Origin: Lingula anatina | Taxonomy: Eukaryota > Animalia > Brachiopoda | Direction: 5' to 3' | Assembly (NCBI GenBank): GCA_051362555.1 | Contig: CM120641.1 | Location: forward strand, 27,100,401 to 27,164,400 | DNA length: 64,000 nucleotides | In this document: positions 55,219-64,000 of the stretch, piece by piece | How positions within the stretch are numbered: position 1 is the stretch's first letter | Layout of the letters: each line of letters begins with the position of its first letter | Notes under the pieces: model-generated | Told to the model about the DNA's origin: nothing | Databases searched by the model: none | What the model saw: only the letters and a program-made list of their open reading frames with translations | Position numbers and translations under genes: made by a program

Positions 55219-56308
55219 TTACCACTGGTGACAAGGATAATCTCCCCAGTGATCTAAATCGTCACTGTGAGAACAGTAAACGTCGTACATGATCATGCAT
55301 CGAGTACACCAGCATCTCTTAGGGCGATAATCCATGCCTACGATTTTACCCCTATCGTCTCTAGGGAGCTTGTCCCAAACCGAGATAATCGCTGGTTCCG
55401 GAGTAAGATTACCAACCCCAGAGCCGTTTTCGGCGACCTGCTCATCCAACATTTCTAACATTACCTTGAACTCGGATGACAACTCGCTTATCCGATCTAT
55501 CTGTGACGTCTTTCGAGTTTTCTTCTCTTGACGTTTTTGTTGAAAGAAAGACGGTGGCAAACTGGTCTTTCGCAAATGCTTTTCAGTTTTCCGTGGAACC
55601 CGAACAGGGTAATTAAAAACATAATCAAAGTCCTGCTCCTCTGGGAGGAACGTGTCGGTATTCGAGGGCGGGCATTTCAAGGGTCCGATAATTGGTTGAA
55701 ATGTTTTTGAAACGCCCTGTGACGGTAGAGAATCGAAGCCTGCGCTCCCTGTTTTTCGGATCCATCCTGGTGTTGTGGAAAGAGCTGAACCCTGAACCGG
55801 TGCAGATACCATGGGGTTCTGTTGCTGGTAACTAAGAACGGTGTTCGTCTTCCGTTCTCTCTTCGCCCAGGACGGCAAATCATTGAGACCGAATCGCTGC
55901 TGAGGTGTTTTCGTCGTTTCCGGTGATTCTTGTGGGGCGTATTCGTGTTTTTGTCGGATCGGAGGTAGACATACACCACCAAAAGTACTAGGTGTTATTT
56001 GACGCCCGCTGCTTTTTCGGCGTTTATCTAGACATTTAAAATGTAAGGAGTGTTTACTCAAACTGGACGTATGCTGTTATTCTAGTCTCTTTTTTCCATG
56101 CTTTTAATTTTCATGTACTTAATGTGAGCATGAAATAAAAAACGAAAACATCACGAAAAATACATATAGGCGACTAATAGACTGACTGAGGTTTTTATCT
56201 ACCTTGTTTCTGCAATGGTGCCGGCAAGCGGTAGAGGTCCCCGGGGCTATTTTGCATTTCACTGCACGCGTGCTTGCTGCCTCGTTGTTGCTTCGGTGTG
56301 GGGTTCAT
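55219..56308 (-). CDS. Uncharacterized protein, ~304 aa; predicted exons 56308-56203 and 56027-55219
   Basis: 843-nt stop-free frame with coding-like composition in AT-rich surroundings. An upstream ATG exon (MNPTPKQQ...) has a GT donor at 56202 that is phase-compatible with the AG acceptor at 56028. Cys/Trp-rich C-terminus. The 5' structure is tentative. Confidence 0.65.
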
Positions 56309-57944
56309 GGATATCTCTAGGTAATGAACGATTTGGTTATATGCAGATTAGTTAAAAAAGGCGAAATTCATCTGCAATTGTAATTCCAATCAAGAGGGCA
56401 ACGGTAGAAATATTAATTACGAAAAGGTTATTATAGAAGAAAAATGATCTTTTGAAGTTAATAACGCGATAGATATGTTATAAATCTATAGTCCCCATAG
56501 CATTTTGCTCATAGTCACCAAACACAAAAAGAGCTTCAATATATAACGAGTTCATACATAAGTAATATCCAATCATTAAGCAACGTACAACGTAAAGAAA
56601 GCAATTTTCTCAGTTAAACACGAGGCCTCGTTTTTGTTGAGTTATTACTATCATAAAGAAAAGATCTTCATACCTCCACTTTGGTCTGTTTAATCTGTCC
56701 TTTTCGCAGTCTGTTCAGATTTTGTTTGTATCTAGAACCGCTGTGACAAGAAAGGATGTAAGATTGCTCTCGCCATTCCCATTTCGAGTGATATGTAAAA
56801 ATTACAGTGTAAGCTCCAGATGCTATTTTGTAATCCTTCTCGCGAAATAATTAACATATCTTGTTATTTCCTTTCTCGAATATCAAGTAAGAATTATTCC
56901 ATACGGCTCACAGGAACTCTTTCATAATTCCTCTCGAGCGATAATTGACACAATTTGGTGATACGTTGCCAGACAGCATACACGCACGCACGCATCACAA
57001 TAAGCACAATAGCAGTGTAATGTTGAAAGCTCATGCTATTCTAAATGCAGTTATTCCCTTAAATATATATATATTATTTATTTATTTATTTATTGGTATC
57101 ATTTTAATTAAAATGTTACCATCCATGCCAATTTGTGAGTTAATACATAATTTCTGCTTTATACAGCAATTGTGCAACTTATTTAAGGGCAACAGGACAT
57201 GCCCACTCGTTATCAAGCTAGCGTTCTAATAATATCAGAAGACGAAAACAGACTCACCCTCCCCTTCTCAACAGTCGTTGTCGGCAGTCTCTTAGAAGAT
57301 AAGGATCCGGATTTGCAAACTATTTTTCGAAATTTTTACACATGTTCACTGTCTTATATTTAAAAGTTATCAAAAACCGAATAAAATCAGTCAAGCTGTT
57401 TGGTGCTGATGCGACCATTAAGCTGTGTGTTTTTTATGCAGCACCAAAATAAGCTGTATTACAACCGATTTTTAAAGATTCTCTAGTTCGATAGTTCTTT
57501 GACTTAACAAGGAAGGAAAATTAATTTTATATTTCAAGATATCATTTAGATTTTTAAAGCTCCGTCGAGTTGCTGTGTGTAAGAATGGCACTCGTGCACG
57601 ATTTTGTTTTTGAAAAAAAAAAGTCCGTTAACTTTCTGGCCCAAAATTAAAATTTGCATGTTGCCAATTGTATTAGTTGCACTAATAAGAATCACAACCC
57701 GAAACTCAATCTGGACAATCCAATCTATGATTGTGTTAGCTGCGTTAGGCCTAGGGAATCTCACGACCTTCAATCCATGCTACATTAACAGCATTCTTTC
57801 GTTTCAAAAAATAACCTAAAATGTGCCTTCCCAAAAAATAGATCATCTCGAAATAAAGGTTCTCTTGATAGAACAGTGTTAAGTGAAGGCTCTCTTCCGG
57901 ACCACGTCAAGTGCACTGCTAAGGGATAGAGAATCAGCTGCTAA

Positions 57945-58623
57945 GGCCCCTATTTCACACAGACCACGAATCCCACGAATCGCCAGGAATTGACAAATTT
58001 CAGGATTCGCGAGGATTCGTGAGATTTTGCCAATTTTCTAGTCTAATTCGACACACTCACGATTCAGTTACGATACAGGTGCGATAGTGTTACGAATATT
58101 CGTGGGATTCGGCTGGAGTCGTGAGATTTTGCCAATTTTCTGGTCTAAATCGACACGCTCTATGATTCAGTTACGATACAGGTGCGATAATGTTACGAAT
58201 TTTCGCTGGAATCGCACGAATATTGTCCAGAAATTCACCACGATTTTTTGGAATGGGGAGTTCGTGGCCAAGACTTTGAACAGCTCAATTTTTTTTGCCA
58301 CGAATTCCCGATTGATCAAGAATTGCAAGAACTGACTACGATTATATACGAATCTATTAATAACTTCACGAACTGATATACGATTCAACCACGAATCCTA
58401 AAATTTTCAATTCCTGGCGATTCGTGGGATTTGTGGTCTGTGTGAAATAGGGGCATCAAAGTTTTTGCCACCAATTCTTGTTAATCAAGAAGTGCAAGAA
58501 CTGACTACGAATATATACGAATCTGTTAAGAACTTCGCGAACTGATTACGATTCAACCACGAATCGTAAAATTTGTCAATTCATGGCCATTCGTAAGATT
58601 CGTGGTCTGTGTGAAATAGGGGC
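57945..58623. mobile_element. PIF/Harbinger-like MITE with duplicated right end
   Basis: Left TIR ggcccctatttcacacagaccacgaat; right TIR (att(c/t)gtggtctgtgtgaaataggggc) present twice, ending 58454 and 58623; taa-like flanks; internal ~100-bp tandem duplication at ~58020-58200. Confidence 0.8.
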
Positions 58624-60904
58624 ATAAGATACTGAACTGGGTCTCCTCAGGTATGGTAGTTTAATATAGAAGCCTAGCATTAAGTCCCTGTGTGACCTGT
58701 AGGAACTCTTAGGAATGGAAGTCCGGGCTCCCATATGATTAGTACAGGTTAAGGTTAGTTGGAGTATTGGGGTTAGTATATGGGACGAATGTCACCTGTG
58801 CAAAGAAATGGGAAGCAGACTACGGTCCCTAGCGGATATCCATTCCTGTTATACCGGCTTGAGACCTTGGAAAAAAAGCAATAATGATTCAACAAGGTTG
58901 CGGCCTTTTTCATGGTTCGATTTCTTGTTGAGTGAGAAATTTTAAATCAAAATGCAAATGTGCGAGCCCCAAACATCACACGGTATAACAGTGTCATTTT
59001 ATTGTAAACGTGCTGACCTGAAGTTTGGTGTGAACGTCTATATGGACTGGATGTCGGTTATAAGGCAGGGACGTAGGAACCACATTTTTAGTGGGGTACA
59101 ACCATGAAACCAGAAACTGTCATCAATTAATCTGAACTATACTAAGAAAACTGAACAAAATGACGAAGCAAGAAGAAGAATTAGTTGAACAGAAAATCAA
59201 GCATGTTAACAATTTCATTCTCAGTTTAAGTAAGGTGTGCTGTACAACTTGACTTCGCCTAAGCGTCCTAGCCTTGGTTTCACCAGTGATGACGGACTAT
59301 ACCTTCAGAGTTTTTAAAAGTGCTTTCGGCTATGAAATATGTGAAAGAGATATATTGTATCTGTAAATCAAATTAGGCAGAAGGCATGTACACAACTTTA
59401 CCCAGTGTGTGGACAGGTGCATGTCTAATGCAAGCGATATCATTTCAACTACTACATGTGTATCATGTGTACGTGTAGTATCAATTCTTAACGTTTTTAG
59501 ATGTCTTATTTCAGGAATATCTTAAGAGATTTTTTGAAAAAATAGAATACAAAGATTTCCTGCATTACTGTTCTCGTACCTACCGTATATACAGGTGAAA
59601 CGGACACGCAGACTGATTTGGTACCTGATAAGGCACAAGATGTTTCAATTTAAATTTCAATTTATTGAAAAAATTCTTAATTCCTACTGCTAATCAGAAA
59701 GACGACTAAAAAGAACTTCACAAATATAATAAGAAAAATACTGATAATAACATTATTAATAATAATAAGTTTTTCAATCGACACTAACGTTATTTCAGTG
59801 GCATATGTTATGTATTTTCCCAAATTATTCAGTTGCGAGACATTGTTAAATTATAACAGTTTGATGAGTTTAAAGACGCTAGGCTTTTTATAGTAGAATT
59901 TTTAACGTATTTTGCCCAAGCGTGCTGTGGAATATACATTTCAGAATAAAGTGAAATTCTTCCTCAATTTTATTTAAATGACATAATGTACAAGTTCTTA
60001 ATTGTTTATTAGTGTCTGAGTACCTTCCCTTTTCTACAGGTATAGCGATATTACGTGTTGAATACCATACAGTTTAATCAGATCAACTGAAATGACGACC
60101 CTTTGCTTTCAGTGTAGTATATTCTAAATTTAGCAATATTTTCATTATATTTCTGTGGAATTAGCTTGTTTAAATAGAAATCAATTGAATGTTAGTACAA
60201 TAGTCCTTTGCTAGAAGAGGATATTTCCCCGATCAGTTTTTGTCAAAAGTTATCTTTATATAATCATAATCTTTGCTCGGTCAAGGACGACGTCAAATCA
60301 TTAGTGATTTTCATAAAATAAAAATTACAAGCCAATTCCTTCTTATTCACTCTGTGGACATCTTATTCAATTTTTCTCAAGAAGATCTGAATAGCAGGCT
60401 TTAATAATACAATTTTTTAAGGAGCGGATTAAATTTTCAACCAACATTTACAAATTCTTAGCCTGCGGGGAGGACTAGATGACCGCGGATCTGTCTCTAC
60501 AGTGCACAGGTCGGGCCCTGGGTGTCTGGCCTTGGGTGAACTAAGTTTGTTTTTATTTACTTATAATAATAATGATAAACAGTTCTGGCTACTAAAGACT
60601 AATGGCACTTTTCTTACGTTACTAGCGGTTACTAAAAGTGATTAAATGAAACAACGGGCCGAACATTTTCTTTCAGAATTTTCAAAACAAGAGAAACTTG
60701 ATATAATGCAAATAAAGTCCGATTCTTTAATTTTCTTTGCTCAGTTATTATACGTGTGTTTTATTCGTGCATAAACAGTTAAAATATTAATTCTTTAGGG
60801 TTTATTTATGGAAAATTACCTATGGAAGTAACATACAAGACAATTCAATAAACGTGTGAAACTTACACTTTTTCCTTCAAAAGTGTTAATCTATGTTGAG
60901 AAGT

Positions 60905-60905
<1 letters not shown>

Positions 60906-60935
<30 letters not shown>

Positions 60936-60937
60936 AA
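60906..60937. repeat. (GAAA)n microsatellite
   Basis: gaaagaaagaaag... run of about 8 units. Confidence 0.9.
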
Positions 60938-62168
60938 TATCAATAGCCTTCCAGTTACACTGTACCGTAAGATTGAATGTCCTTTCTATCACAATCCCCT
61001 CCCCAGTTCGTTCAATCCACATTTGAAAGCTAATTTATATACCCAGTTATGTAGTATCAAGTATGCTGACTTTGAAAATGCGTTTTAATTTTTATTTATT
61101 TTTGTTGTGTGTGTGTGTGTGTGTCATTATGATCCTCTTTTCGAGACTTATTGTGCCTTCTCATAAACCAGACAATAAATTCAAACCGAAACGTCCGCAA
61201 GGAAAGTAGGTGACCTCTTCTTCATTATGTAAATAAGGTGAGCGTTTTGGTGAGAGGTGCTCAGACAGTACCAAGGTCAGAAGAAGACGGAGAAGGATGT
61301 CCCGAGCCCTATTACTGCTACTGCCACATTTTGGTCGAAAAAATGGCACTGAAGCCGGCAGCAGTATCTGGTAAGTTCCTTACAGATGATAGAAAATGTA
61401 TTCTAGCATTTTTTTTTTTAGTTTTGCATTGACGATATTTTCCCGAAATGGTGCACTCTATAGGCATAATCACCATGGGTACATCTAACTGACGTGAAGG
61501 AGACTTTCTCTTAGCTTTCCCTCAGTGCCTTTTGGGAACCCTTTTGTTTCTGATACCATAATAGGATTAAATAAGAATATATATATTTGTGTAATTTTAA
61601 TGCTTGATTGCGATTTGTTAATTGTAAGGCAAAGGATACTGACACGAATTGCTGTAATGAACATGTAACTGTGCTGCTTTATCAGATCTTTAGACGTTGT
61701 TTCATGAATGTGAATCCACTCCTTTAATTCAAGTGACTCTAAGTACCGTTTACGAAGATACCAGAAGCGTCCTACTCGTTTTGTGTTGGACACATACAGC
61801 CTCACACCCATGCCAAGAATACCTCCTATGCCGACGTTTGTCTGTTCTTAAATTTGCAGGGACGACATTTAGTATGGAATGCTATGTTTGCTTTTGGTTG
61901 TAACATGCTGCTCCAAAACGTATATCAAATTAAAACTCGAATAAAATGAGCTTTTTATTTACGATAGTTCTCATAGAAATCAAATTCATACTAAGCGTCC
62001 ACCCTGCATGATGCGGGTTTACTTCTTTTGGTAAATTTATGTCACTATGTCGTAGTACAGTGCTGTATCTGATCATGGTGTTATGAGGGTAATTTATACT
62101 TTTGGGTCGGGCTTGATACCCGTCCCTTTTCGAACCTAAAACGTTGAAGTTCTTATTTAAAGGAAACA

Positions 62169-63424
<1,256 letters not shown>

Positions 63425-63796
63425 TAGGCAAACACAACTTTATATCTTGCTAGGCTTCTGGGCTTTAGTTAAAAAAGTCTTATAAAGTCTTATTAATACT
63501 TTGTTCCTTTAATGAATTACCGAATCTGCCTGGGTTCACTGTACTCAGTTTGCTTTAATCAGCTCAGTACACCTGTTTAGTCCTTGGGAGTGTCTGTAAT
63601 CGTAACCATAGAAAAAACTTAATAATATTGTGTGCATATGGCCATTAGAGTTCCTGGTCTTCCTCAAATTGATATAGAAAAAAAATGGACTGCCACAGCT
63701 TGTGTCACAAAGCAATACTTTATAATGAATGTTTAGCAGTTCAATCCCAAATATGTGAACATTTGGAGAAATTGCACTTGTCATACAACAAAATGA

Positions 63797-64000
63797 AACT
63801 GGAAAAGCACTCCGAGAGCGCAGACCTCCGCCAAGGCAGTGATTTTTGATTATTATTGATTATTGATTGATTATTGATCCGGATCACCACCAAAAACTAA
63901 TCATCTCTTCCTTGGCCCACTTCTGACAGTTCCTGAAAATTTCATCAAAATCGGTCCATATCTTTTTGAGTTATGTTGATGACAGACAAACGAACAAATA
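63797..64000 (-). mobile_element. 3' part of a second Helentron/HINE-type element (runs off the window)
   Basis: Minus strand ends ...ccttggcggaggtctgcgctctcggagtgcttttccagtt (hairpin plus near-CTAGTT terminus); gatccggatc motif and the start of an (acaa)n microsatellite. Confidence 0.7.

Overview
Intron-rich, AT-rich animal genomic DNA, most likely a marine invertebrate bilaterian; the species cannot be determined from sequence alone. Gene models were spliced by hand from GT-AG sites and reading phase. (1) A 9-coding-exon TRAF3-like gene (436-9594, +). Its last intron holds a ~3.5-kb non-autonomous Helentron-type element carrying ~16 copies of a 146-bp satellite. (2) Two tandem claudin/PMP22-family tetraspan paralogs (13086-15111 and 17170-19448, +). 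(3) A large ADAMTS2/3/14-like (procollagen N-proteinase type) metalloprotease gene (24056-52841, +). It has two separate PLAC terminal exons, because its C-terminal TSR-PLAC exon cassette was duplicated and expanded; predicted isoforms are ~1119 aa (4 TSR) and ~1769 aa (13 TSR). (4) An orphan minus-strand gene (~55219-56308). (5) An intron-containing RPS27 pseudogene (~62169-63413). Many MITEs and other non-autonomous DNA transposons are scattered throughout. No rRNA, tRNA or CRISPR features were seen.
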